DNA of 64,000 nucleotides from positions 36,642,001 to 36,706,000 of the forward strand of contig NW_026262690.1 of assembly GCF_021869535.1 (NCBI RefSeq). The letters run 5' to 3'. The notes under the pieces were generated by a model. The model made no database searches. It was not told where the DNA came from and saw only the letters and a list, made by a program, of their open reading frames with translations. The translations under genes and the position numbers were made by a program. Source of the stretch: Mytilus californianus (taxonomy: Eukaryota). Position 1 is the stretch's first letter; every line of letters starts with the position of its first letter. Positions 12,721 to 24,125 of the stretch are shown piece by piece.

Positions 12721-15700
12721 AACTGTAGCATGTCTTTTCGTCGTTTCCTCTTTTTGTTCATGATATTGTCTGTTTTATTTAGACTTATGGGTTTTTTCAT
12801 TGCCCCTTGGTATATTTTACCTCTTTTAGACATATTCTATAAACATCTGCCAGTTATTGTTGAAGCCTTTATGTTGCTCTTTATATGTCATTTTAACTAT
12901 TTAATTCGTCTATGTGTTATGTTTATTCCGTATACCTGACATCTCTTTTATTTACATTGAAAATAGTAAATTAAATCATAGAAATTTAATGTGTATTTCA
13001 ATATCAACTGTGTTATCTCCTGTAATATAATAATGATATGATCTATTATTCCTAAACGGAACTTCAATTGAGGGCAAACAATGTATTTTCCATTAAAAAA
13101 AAGAGGCTGAAGATTCCAAAGGGATATTCAAACTTGTAATTGATTACAAACTGACAACGCCATGGAACAAAAAAAAACATCCAAAAGACCAACACGAACC
13201 CGACTGAAAAACTGAGGGTGTTCCCAGGTGCTTCAATGTGATAAGTCGTAAAGTTATATTTTATCCTGTGTAGATTTGAATTAATTAAATATTCTGGATC
13301 TTATTATCGGATACATTAAAATTTAATTACGCGAGGGAAGGAAAATCAGCATTATTTATTTGTATGAACGGTATTACTTGTAAATGAATGAATAAATTAA
13401 TCAATAAATAAAATAATTATTAATTAAATATAATTCACTAATAAACTCCCATTACTTTGGTAGTATTCAAATTGTAATTGAATTTTATTTTTTTATGATT
13501 AAAGATAGCGATAAAGGGCTATATGTAAGAACAATAGATGATTTTGTTGCTATAATTGACAAAAATCTATGACAGAATAAACAGGTACGTATAGTTTTAA
13601 ATAAAAAAAGTAAAGAATATTTCAAAATGGTAATAAAAAGGTGAAAATCGAAGAAGGACCAACACCATTATTGTCAAAAGAAAAATGAACAGACAATTAA
13701 ATCACCACAAAACAATACAAATAAACCTAACGATTGAGCAACACGAATAACGATTGAGCAAAACAAATCCCACAAAAACTTTAAGTTGACTGGCATTCTC
13801 TGGAAGAATAAACAGCTCCTGCTTCACAATTTTTCACCCGTCAAGCTTTTCTCAAACTGTATATAATCAAGTGCTAAGTCTATCAAATGTCAGAGGAATA
13901 ATGAGGGGAATGTGACTCTCAGAAATGGAACACAGATGTCCTGTAATGGTGAAAAAACTCATAAATGTGACTGAAAATATTTCACCAGAAGAAACTCTTG
14001 GTTCTGTAGTTTCTTTAAAGGAGCTATTTTCTATTGAGGAAGTTCTGCAAACACAAATTCTGTAATATTTATCAGCTTAGAAATATATGAATAAAGGTGT
14101 AGCTAGAATGTTGATGCATCAAATTTGAAATTAATTTAGACTTTCTTGTGATATTATTTTCCTCAACTAGTCCGTACTGTCAATTGCATTCGTTTAATGG
14201 AGTAGGATTTTCTACTTGGTATCTATTCTCTCTTGTTTCGTGGTCTGGTTTAAGTATGAAGCAGGCTAAGATATATATCTTGAGTTCTCTTTTAACTTCA
14301 AAAAGTGAAATTATCATTCGGACTGGAAATTAAATTCTTCAATAAAAGCATCCTTTTTTACTGAAATGTGATGTAAAAATATAATGCTGAAAGTCACTCC
14401 ATTTCATTCTTGTTGAGACCGCTCCTGTATTAAATCACCTCATATTAAGAACCTAGCCAACGAGAATAGGTGTACAGTTGAATGCCGACTATTTGTTGAA
14501 ATATTCTTTTGTTTATTTAAAAAAAAAAAGATTTTTTTCTCAGTAAAATGAAAACATGTATTTTATATGTACCAAATCATAGTAAGCCGCACATAAATCC
14601 TTATTTTGAATGATATTTGAATAGAAGTTGGTGATTTAGAAAAAACAATTCACAGAGCAATTTAGATACTCGGGAAAACAAAATTGTTTTTATGACAAAG
14701 TAATTTGGATATCTAGGAGAGATAAAGAATATTCAATCTTTAGCTGAAGTTTAAAAGAAACATGAAACACACTATGTATTGTTCAAACTTACATTGTTTT
14801 ATTTTAATTACCATTATCAATAATACATATATTAATATGCAGGCATTGTTAGAATGCAGGAATTGCTGAAACCCTTTTAAGTTAACTAATTGCGAAATCA
14901 TTTTGCATGTAAAACAAAACGATATTTTATTAGCACAAACTGTCAGAATAATAGCAAAATAACAGTTTGAATTTTATTGTGTTTGTGACTTTGTAGAAAA
15001 TTATGGATGTCTAACGAAGCAAATAACAAATATTTGATGTAAAAATGAGCCTTACAATTAGTATATAAAGTCTTCCCTAATCAACCAAAAGATAAATAAA
15101 CGGTTTGAACGACGGTGCTAGAATGAATGACATGTGGAATAACTTGATTAAACTGTAATTTACCTATGAATTGTATTGCAGTCAAAATCAAAATACAGTC
15201 TCATATCAAGAATTAAATAAATGAAACACACTTTGCAATTGATAATACATATATAATAAGATACAAATGCATATTTAAAGTATTTTTATATGCAGAGGCG
15301 TTACGATATTGATGTAAAATATGAACGCCAGAATCTTTTCAAATTTAAACAGAATTTAACTAACAATCACTCTACCAAAACACTAACACAGGCCAAAAAG
15401 CATGAAAAAAAAAAAACAAAACAAAATAAAACAAAAAAACTAATTAAATGAAAGGTCATAACCTTATTTTTTGTTGCAGATATGTACCTGTACCAAATTA
15501 ATAACCGAAATGATTATGGACTTTGAAAACAATACAATTATCAGCGAACTTTTGTTTAACTGTTTTAAATCTATCCGTTCTTAAACTTTTGTAAAGAATG
15601 AAGAACTGCATCGATGTTTCTTTTTTCTGACAAATGATGGCATGCATAGTTAAAATCAAATCAACAAACAAAACAACGTAAAAATGCTAAGGTTGATAAA

Positions 15701-16373
15701 ATATAAAGGCAACGACTCCAAAAATAGAAAGAAAAAAAAACAACATGAAAATGAGTCACACTTGATCTTTTTTTGCAATATGAAAAACTCTACAACTTAC
15801 AATTTTAGTGACCGTTTTTTCAATTGAAATATTAATTTTCTAATTTAGAAATAAAACGAAACATTTAGAATGATAATTATTGAAGACGTCATTAAAAAGT
15901 CATGAAAAAGAGCATCGTTTTACTGTAAATTATTAGCGTCCTCTCAGAAACAATTATAATATATCTTTTAAACTATTTTAGTGATAAAACATCTTTAATC
16001 ATACATTTTTAAATTTTGATCACATATTTAACTACAGAATAGGTAACAAAGTGCATGTAAATCTTTCTCTAGGAGGTCAGGAGATAGGACCCATTGTATG
16101 TCGAGCTACATCAAAGTACTTGTTGTTATGAAATTCTATGGCAATACATATTGCCATAGAATATCGGCGGCTGTACTTCGAAACGTTCCAGACAACATTG
16201 ACATAAGCAGAATAGAAAAAAACGAATAGAAAAAAAATTACCGAATTTCATTGGAAAAAAATCTAAAAATTACTTATCTCTCTTTTCCAATAAGTGAATT
16301 AATATATACCAAAACTACCAGACGCAATGAATGAACAACAACAGTTTAATTATAACCTTAATCTATTAGTCTA

Positions 16374-16581
16374 CTGTGGATTCATTTATTTTCGTGAGTA
16401 CCAATTTTCATATGTTGAGAAAAAATTGTATTTTCGTAGATACTTGGTATTAAGGTTTTGCAAAGGTTTGCTAACAAGCCTATAGAAAATTTGTACTGCG
16501 TTAAACATTTAAATTCGTGGTTTACCTATACCAAGAAAATCCAAGAAAATTGTTATCCCACGAATAATAATGAAGCCACAG
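16374..16581. mobile_element. Tc1/mariner-type MITE
   Basis: TA|CTGTGGATTCATTTATTTTCGTG ... CACGAATAATAATGAAGCCACAG|TA: inverted termini with TA flanks. Confidence 0.75.
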
Positions 16582-16691
16582 TATTTAGCCGAACGGTATG
16601 AGATTTGAAGGACAAATTTTCCATTTTGGCCCTATAGATCTTCATTTGTTTAGGTCTTATTCATTTTTGGCTTTCAAATGTTTAGGTGTAA

Positions 16692-16732
16692 GCGTTCCTG
16701 ATGAAGGAAATCCAGAAAAGCGCTTCGAACGC
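16692..16732 (+). ncRNA. minimal type I hammerhead ribozyme (family B)
   Basis: GCGTTC-CTGATGA-AGGAAATCCA-GAAA-AGCGCT-TC-GAACGC: perfect 6-bp stem I, intact core, palindromic stem III, UUC cleavage triplet. Confidence 0.7.
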
Positions 16733-17119
16733 CCAAATTTAATAGTTTAATTTCATTTGAAATTTGTTAGCAAGACGGTTGAAAGCATACATAATGTATG
16801 TTTTGTTTATTTTTGTCGTTTTGTTGCTGTCTCAATGAGTTATATCCACATCTCCTTTTATTTTTATAACGTATAGTAAGCTGTACAAGGCTATATGAGA
16901 AATCCATAAAGGAAAAACATTTGGCAGACAACAACCATCGACAACCACTTAATTACAGGCTCCTGACCCGGACTGTACATTAAAAATGGGATTAATCATG
17001 TTTACGAGCACTTAACTATCCCTAGTTTAGGACACCGATGTAACAGCACAACATAAGAACAAATTTAAAAAAATCAGTTGGAAATACTATAACTTTCGAA
17101 CCCTTGTTAGTTTTTGGGG

Positions 17120-18900
17120 CATTTTCAGAACCCCAACACATGAATTGGAACCATAACTTCAAAATAATTATGGATTCCATTGAGGACTACGCCAAAACAT
17201 GGGCTAAACGAGAAGAAGGTTAAACTGGACACTTTGTCAGAATGGGTCAAAACAATCAGGTCTCTGATAAAACGTCGAATTTATAAGTTGAAAAACTGTG
17301 TGAATGATCGACCAAAGTCCGTTTTCAGAGACAAAGAAGCTTTGAAATGTCTATCATCTCTTTACGATAAATATGTTGCTGTTCCTGCGGACAAAGCTTC
17401 AAATAATATTGTCTGTGTATGTAAATCGTACTACTACGAGTGTCTTGTAAAAGAATTAGAAATAAATGAGCACTCAGGTAATTCCACATACAAAAACATA
17501 TCATTTGACAAGGATGAGATTTTGGCGAATCATAAGTCCTTCATGGCTTCAATGAACTTTACATTGAACAGCAAATATATGGACTTACCTTGTTTGTATT
17601 GGATAACTAACCTTCACAAAATTCCATACAAACAACAGTACATCTGCATGTTCTACATAGGAATTGTCCATTAGATTGGCAAAAAATATGTCCGCAGTGA
17701 AAGAGGGTCTTCAGAAATATTGTGAAACTGTTTACTTGCGTAGTGGTATTAACCATATGTGGATTCTAAAAAACTCTAACTTCTGGATAATTTTAATTCT
17801 CGATCTTTCTCTGAAATTAATTCTATCAAAACTTTTGATTTTTCAACCATGTATACCACCATTCCCCATGTGAAATTGAAAAATCGTCTAAAAGAAATAA
17901 TCCACAATGCTTTTCAATATAAAAATGATAGCATACGATATAAATATTTCTTGAATTTGGAGGTAGACTTTTCTAACAAATTGTCGGCATTCCTATGGGA
18001 ACGAACTGTGCTCCTCTCCTTGCCGACCTCTTCTTATTTTCATATGAGTCGGAGTTCCTTCAGACACTTGTCAAAAACAAGAAGATCAAAGAAGCCATAT
18101 CATTTAATTTCACATTCAGATATATTGGTGATGTTCTTTCCATTAACAATCCAAACTTTTCTGATAGGGTTCCATTAATATATCCTCCAGAACTAGAAAT
18201 TAAAGAACCAACAGACACGACTTCCTCCGCCTCATTTTTAGACTTATACCTCGAATTTGAAATAAGCGGTAATCTCAGTACCAGAATCTATGACAAACGA
18301 TACGATTTTAATTTTGAAATTATCAACTTCCCCCACCTTAGTAGCAATATACCAACTTCACCTGCATATGGGATATACATTTTCTAACTCATTTGGTATT
18401 CAAGAGCTTGCAGTTGCTACTCAGACTTAATAAAACGTCACCAGTGTCTGAGAAGAAGGTTGATGAACCAGGGTTATGTCAAAGAACGTCTCGTCCTTTT
18501 TCTAAAAAAGTTCATCGGAAGATACCAAGACCTTGTTGATAAATATTCCATATCAACTTCACAAATAATACACGATGGTCTTGAAGTATAGATTCTAGAT
18601 ACTGACGTTGTTTATTATCTTAATTACGTGTTATAGTGTTCTTTTATTTGGCTTTGTAAATTATTAACCTTTACTATTTAGTCCATTTTTGGTAATATCC
18701 TTTTGGCGTGGCTCGGTACTTATGCATCCCGCTATTGTGTTGTTGTGCTGTGGTCATGTTTTGTATTCTTGTCTTATATGTTTTCTTATGTGCTTTGTCT
18801 ATATGCCATTTTGTTTTTCTTTGTTGACATATTTGTTTGTTTTTATAGTGAGTAAGATAATAACACAATGTTGACTGCTGTACCTCTAATTTTGACATTT
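17120..18900 (+). mobile_element. 5'-truncated, frameshifted Penelope-like retroelement (probably Naiad/Chlamys type)
   Basis: ORF pieces 17180-18387 give VPADKASNNIV, MGTNCAPLLADLFL, FRYIGD (mutated YIDD), SFLDLYL and SNIPTSPAYGIY. The frame ends ...KFIGRYQDLVDKYSISTSQIIHDGLEV* at 18591 with no endonuclease after RT. The 3' boundary is approximate. Confidence 0.9.
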
Positions 18901-20623
18901 TTACCTAGTATGTCTGTTTGTTTTGTTCACACATTGTTGTCAATATAATGGAATTTTATGCGACTGTCATACAAGTGAGAGGTTCAGCTAGCTATAAAAC
19001 CAGGTTTAATCCACCATTTTCTACATAAGGAAATGCTTGTACCAAGTCAGGAATATTATAGTTGTTTTTCATTCGTTTGATGTGTTTGAACTTTTGATTT
19101 TGCCATTTGATAAGGGACTTTCCGATTTGAATTTTCCTTGGAGTTCGGTGTTTTAGTTATTTTACTATTTACATCTGATATATGGTCCAGGAAACAGACA
19201 AACCAAACAACATGGCTGTTATGACTACTGTTTACCCTTCCAGAAAGGTATCATTTCCAGACTGTGGAACTAAACTTATTAAAGCAAACATCTCATACAT
19301 AGTTGCTCTTCCCGTATGTAATAAATTTGAAACGAAGGCTTTCGAGCATAATAAAATTTCAAAGTCTAAAAAGCACTTTCGTCGCATTTAATTTTGAATC
19401 TAGCAAGATCGAGCCTAGGGATCTAAATACTAGTAATAGAATCATCTGAATTATTTGGACGAAATTGTCTTCACAATTTTAACAGATGATGTTATTTGGC
19501 TTTTGCGTCGTTGTGTGTCGCTGTGTCATTGGCCTGTACCTATAATTTCTTTTTATTCATTAATAGTATTGCAAATATGTATCAAGTAGTATTCCGTTGG
19601 TTGACTCGTATCAGATATTCTAAAATTGTAAAAACTACTGGCACATCGATATTTTCTAGTATTTCATAGTTTGTCTAGATAAAAATAAGTATATTTGATC
19701 ATGAAACAAAACGAAGGTCAACATTTTGTTGACTATATGTAATAAAAGGGTACTTTTGTTAATATACATGTAGCAGTATCTTTTATAATGGTTAGTAGAA
19801 ATACAAGTAATAATCGTCCACAAGCATTCATTAATCTCCTGTTCATATGTAGTATGGCACTACTTAGTCCTTTATCGGATTTCTAAGCAGAAAATGTCCA
19901 GTATATTACTTTTTTATGATTCCAGACGATTAATACTTGTTCACTTATCAGGTTGAATCTTTGGAATCGGCAATAAAAATGTATGAATGGTATTATTTAT
20001 TTAGATTCCGTAAATGAGCAATTCGATATCAAATAAAGTTTTTCATTATCTATGATAACTTATTCATAATGTCTTTTTATATGATTATACTTTATGTTAG
20101 ATTCATATATAACTTCTTTCTTGCAAAAAACATCAAGAATAAGAAAATAAAAATAAATACAAATATAAACAAATATTTTGGATAACAATTTTCTCTACCA
20201 GTTTATGTTGAACGGTGCAAAATGGCGACCAAAGTATATTATTCAGCATAAGGAATCTGAAAACGGAAATTTCTAACAATTTATAGTATTAATTTGAAAA
20301 ATTATGTTTTTGTAAGGTATATTTGCCTGTATTAAATTTTTTGCAAGTGTCATCTTTTTCAAAAATGTGCATTCCTGATTGAGAAAAAAAAAACAATGGA
20401 GTTTGGGTAAAATCGTTTTTATGGTTCACCGAATAACCTTACGTATGTGCATAAATAGAGAACTACTGAAAACAGTATCCTTCAAGGTTGCATTTTCAGA
20501 GTATTTATGATTTCTGAAGAATAAAGAAAATTATTTAAAAAGCATGCAATTTCAAAGTTAAAACCAAAATATATTATGAATTGAGGAGCTTCATGAAATT
20601 TATAACACAAATAGGCAATGTTT

Positions 20624-22159
20624 TCAGGTGTTGATCTTCCTTTGAATTAATGGAGAACTTTGTTCTATGATATTTGTTCTTATTTTTGTTAAAGATGTTA
20701 ATGAAGTTGAAGGGGAATGCTTTTTCTTATTGCTATGTTCTCCATGGCGTAGTTTAGAAATATACATATTATATATGCGTTTGTTGCAGATGTATGCTAT
20801 AAATATGTATAAACCTTGCAAACTGTTTATACAAGAAATAATTAAGGCCAAAGTTGAATTTTCAACGAAAGCGTTTATCAACAGAAGTATCCAGGAACAT
20901 CCAGTGGCTGCAAATAGCCTTAAAAATATCCATACATCTTTTCGTTTCTCTGTATCATCAGTCATGATACGTGGTCGGTTTTTTAGTCGGTAGACTGTGA
21001 TAACAAAAAGTATTATATCTGCTCCTGACAAAATCACAAGTGGAGTTATCAAAGTAGCAAATATCATTTCTCTAAACGAAATAAAACAATGCCTATCGCC
21101 GTATCCTATAGACTCTCCATCAGTAATTGTCGCATAGATGATAATACTTGTTACTATCAACATCAATCCGTACAAATAGGAAAATGTGATGTACCATCGA
21201 ATTGAGTGTTTGTTTCTGCTTGCCTCTATTGTTAAAGCAATGCTTCCAGTGCCAAAGATCTTGAACATGTGCCATGCACAAACAAAAAGACACCCGAATG
21301 AAGACAACAGAAAATAATGCATTGAAATGGCCAGTATCATACAAAATGTTCCGGTTTCATGTGTCGTCATGAATAGAATGAATGTAATGTGGTGCAATAG
21401 AAGTGAAACAGATAGACTCATTAAATTTTTACCTGGAACAGTTCGTAATTTTGGAAATAAACAGTACGTTGTTAACGTCATGAGTAAAGACAATGACGAT
21501 ACTACACTGCAGATAATAAATATCACAAAATATATGACGTTTGTATAATCGTTTGGTTTTTCTAAAGAATCGAAATCCTCCAAGCAAAGCCACAGATCAT
21601 TGTTTGTGTCTATATGATAATCATATAATTGAAACTCATTTACAAATCCATTCACTCTCACGATGAAATCGACATTGCTGTATTCATTCAACTTGAAAAC
21701 TACATGTCTGCACATTAATATTTTCGACAGAAGAGGATACAAGCTGGGAATACATGAAATTGACTTATTCCTACTATAAATGACATCTGCGATAATCTTT
21801 TTATCATTTAAATTAATGGTATTTATAAATTGGGACATATAATCACCGGATATGAATTCTAATAATTCGTGTTCAAAATGAGTTCTATTAAGTTGGTTTA
21901 CAGCTTCTATCAGGAGAAATAATATGCTATCATTTTTATTTTCAACGTCGTTCAAACAAAAAGGAGTTGAATAAGTTATATTCCGATTACATTGTAATTC
22001 CATGTTGGCTATAACTTTGTCAATGATAAACTCACTTTTATTTACTTGCTCAAGTTTCAGTGGCAGTGTATATCCAGAAATATTAAAGGACGAATCGTCA
22101 ACACATCTTTTTTGGTGGAATTTTTTACTTATAAAACAGCCAGCCGTACGACATATATC
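20624..22159 (-). CDS. 7TM receptor gene 2, exon 2 (membrane-proximal ectodomain, seven TM helices, C-tail)
   Basis: ORF 20624-22003 extends open upstream to acceptor tttgacAG at 22160-22161 (DICRTAGC...). Seven hydrophobic segments with class B-like motifs LRTVPGKNL, HYFLLSSF, GYGDRHCF, LRLFAATGCSW, NSLQGLYIFI. Confidence 0.9.
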   Translation of the reverse strand, partial: DICRTAGCFISKKFHQKRCVDDSSFNISGYTLPLKLEQVNKSEFIIDKVIANMELQCNRNITYSTPFCLNDVENKNDSILFLLIEAVNQLNRTHFEHELLEFISGDYMSQFINTINLNDKKIIADVIYSRNKSISCIPSLYPLLSKILMCRHVVFKLNEYSNVDFIVRVNGFVNEFQLYDYHIDTNNDLWLCLEDFDSLEKPNDYTNVIYFVIFIICSVVSSLSLLMTLTTYCLFPKLRTVPGKNLMSLSVSLLLHHITFILFMTTHETGTFCMILAISMHYFLLSSFGCLFVCAWHMFKIFGTGSIALTIEASRNKHSIRWYITFSYLYGLMLIVTSIIIYATITDGESIGYGDRHCFISFREMIFATLITPLVILSGADIILFVITVYRLKNRPRIMTDDTEKRKDVWIFLRLFAATGCSWILLLINAFVENSTLALIISCINSLQGLYIFIAYICNKRIYNMYISKLRHGEHSNKKKHSPSTSLTSLTKIRTNIIEQSSPLIQRKINT

Positions 22160-23495
22160 CTGTCAAAATAATAAAAAGCTGTTAATTAAGCAATTACCGT
22201 AGAAAAAGCCCATTTTAAATTTTCTAGTAAAATAATTTGTAAATTTCACATTCTATTTGAAACTTAACATACACAAAGCTAACGTGTTGGAATAATTATG
22301 CATGTTTTTTTTGACATGGCTATTTGAATCATAGCTGAGTACATATAAAAAAAGTTAGAACAGAACTAAATACAACTTTAACATCGCTATTTGAATCATA
22401 AATATAGATATAATGAAGACTTGGCACTTCGTAAAGGTGTGGGAACAGAAATGCATATGACCTAGACGTCGACAACATAATCATGAAAAAAAGCATATAT
22501 TGCTGTATATAGCCCGGTGACCAGAGTCAGAATTTAAAAATTTAATCGTCAAAACTACTACACGGCTATATCACATATCATTCGATTAAAAAATGTGTGT
22601 ACTTTAAAATTAATTTGGTCGTCAAAAGAAAATATGGTGCAGTTTTTCAGAAATCAAGATCAAAGGTCACTAACCATTTTGATGAGAAAAAACATTGAAT
22701 ATTTATTTCCAATTTAAATACCCTTTTTGCAGCAGAATTTTTTGCAAACTTACATTTGTTTTCTTCCTTATTCAATGTTTCATCAAAAAAGTTGAAAACC
22801 ATCATTTAATGAGTTTCCCGAGTAAACGCATGCGATTTTACAAAAAGGGGGGTGATTTTCATTTTAAGAAGATGAATTTTTAAAAATAATTAGAACAGCG
22901 GCCGTCAAAACTAAACAAAATGTATAGTAGACAAACATGAAAAAAAATATGTATGTGTATATATAACTATCTATAATACCTCAATGAAAGTGGAAAATGT
23001 GAGTTATGGGAATATAGGTTGAATTCGGTACATGCCAAACTGGCAACATAAGTTCTTTCAAAACAGACTTATATTTGAGTTTAAACTATGTTATGACTTA
23101 AAATAAAATGTATTGATACGAACATAAATCATTATGAAATAGACTTACAGTTTCAAAAGGGCATTTTGATGACTAGAACGGCCTTTTATCCGTATAGAAC
23201 ATTGTGAAAGAAAATCTCTTCTAAGCAGGATAACTATACATCGCACTAAACATGCTAAAAACCTTACTTTAATAAGTAATTCAGACCTCAAATGACTTCT
23301 ATATTGTGGGAACGTTATGCCAAGGTTCTGACCCTTGGTTGGAACATATGTATTCGTACATTCCGGTCAAGACAAAATTCGTAAACCACAAATCCTAATA
23401 ATATTGCGATAATGAACGTTTATTATTACGGACATTTGACTTGTTCTGCAATGGAAATAAACTCATCATAGATACCAGGATTGAAATTTTATATT

Positions 23496-23540
23496 TACGC
23501 CAGACGTTTCGTCTACAAAAGACTCATCAGTGACGCTCGA
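23496..23540 (-). ncRNA. hammerhead ribozyme motif (family A) in a ~240-bp retrozyme-like repeat (23450-23690)
   Basis: Minus strand GCGTCA-CTGATGA-GTC-TTTTGTA-GAC-GAAA-CG-TC-TGGCGT: intact core and stems I/II. Stem III is reduced to the palindrome ACGT. Confidence 0.7.
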
Positions 23541-24125
23541 ATAAAAAATGTTAAAAAGGCCAAATAAATTACGAAGTTGAAGAGCATTGAGGACCAAAAA
23601 TTCCTAAAAGTTTTGCCAAATACAGCTAAGGTAATCTATTCCTGAGGTAGAAAAGCCTTAGTATTTCAAAAATTCAAAGTTCAAAAGAGTGCTGGTCGAA
23701 TGTTTGTGTACAACATGTAGCGTGCTTTTGTCCAGCATCATAGGACATTTCAAAACATTTCTAAATTGCAGAATACACCTTGGACGTATCAATATAAAGT
23801 TATGGGAATATAAGACAACTGTAACATCAGAGCGCTTCTAGGACAAATGAAACCTGATAAGAAAGAAATAGTTTGCCCTGCTTGCAACTCTAAATATCCC
23901 TCAACAAAAGACAAGAAAACCTCCATCTCTCGTGATTGTCCTGCCCTACAGTCTGGTCTGTATAAATTGATTTGATATCTGAACTATGGTTAGCATTGAT
24001 ATCACACTGCTTATGGTAAAACGCTTGTTCTGTAAATTTGTCTTTGTAATAAATGAATATATTTTGATTCCCCGTAAAGGTTTAGAGTGGTGGTAAAGCA
24101 AGTTACCCATTACCTGAATCTATAT

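Noticed and set aside
20667-21548. Short ORFs 20667-20993, 21120-21344 and 21327-21548
   Set aside because: They are antisense or alternate-frame shadows of the 7TM exon.
21560-21700. GPS/GAIN autoproteolysis motif before TM1
   Set aside because: No CxCxHLTxF-like motif is present, so the receptor is not called a canonical adhesion GPCR.
23683-23985. Cys motifs (ECLCTTC; IVCPACN) suggesting a RING or zinc-finger remnant
   Set aside because: Frames are broken and differ between the two copies, so there is too little signal to name.
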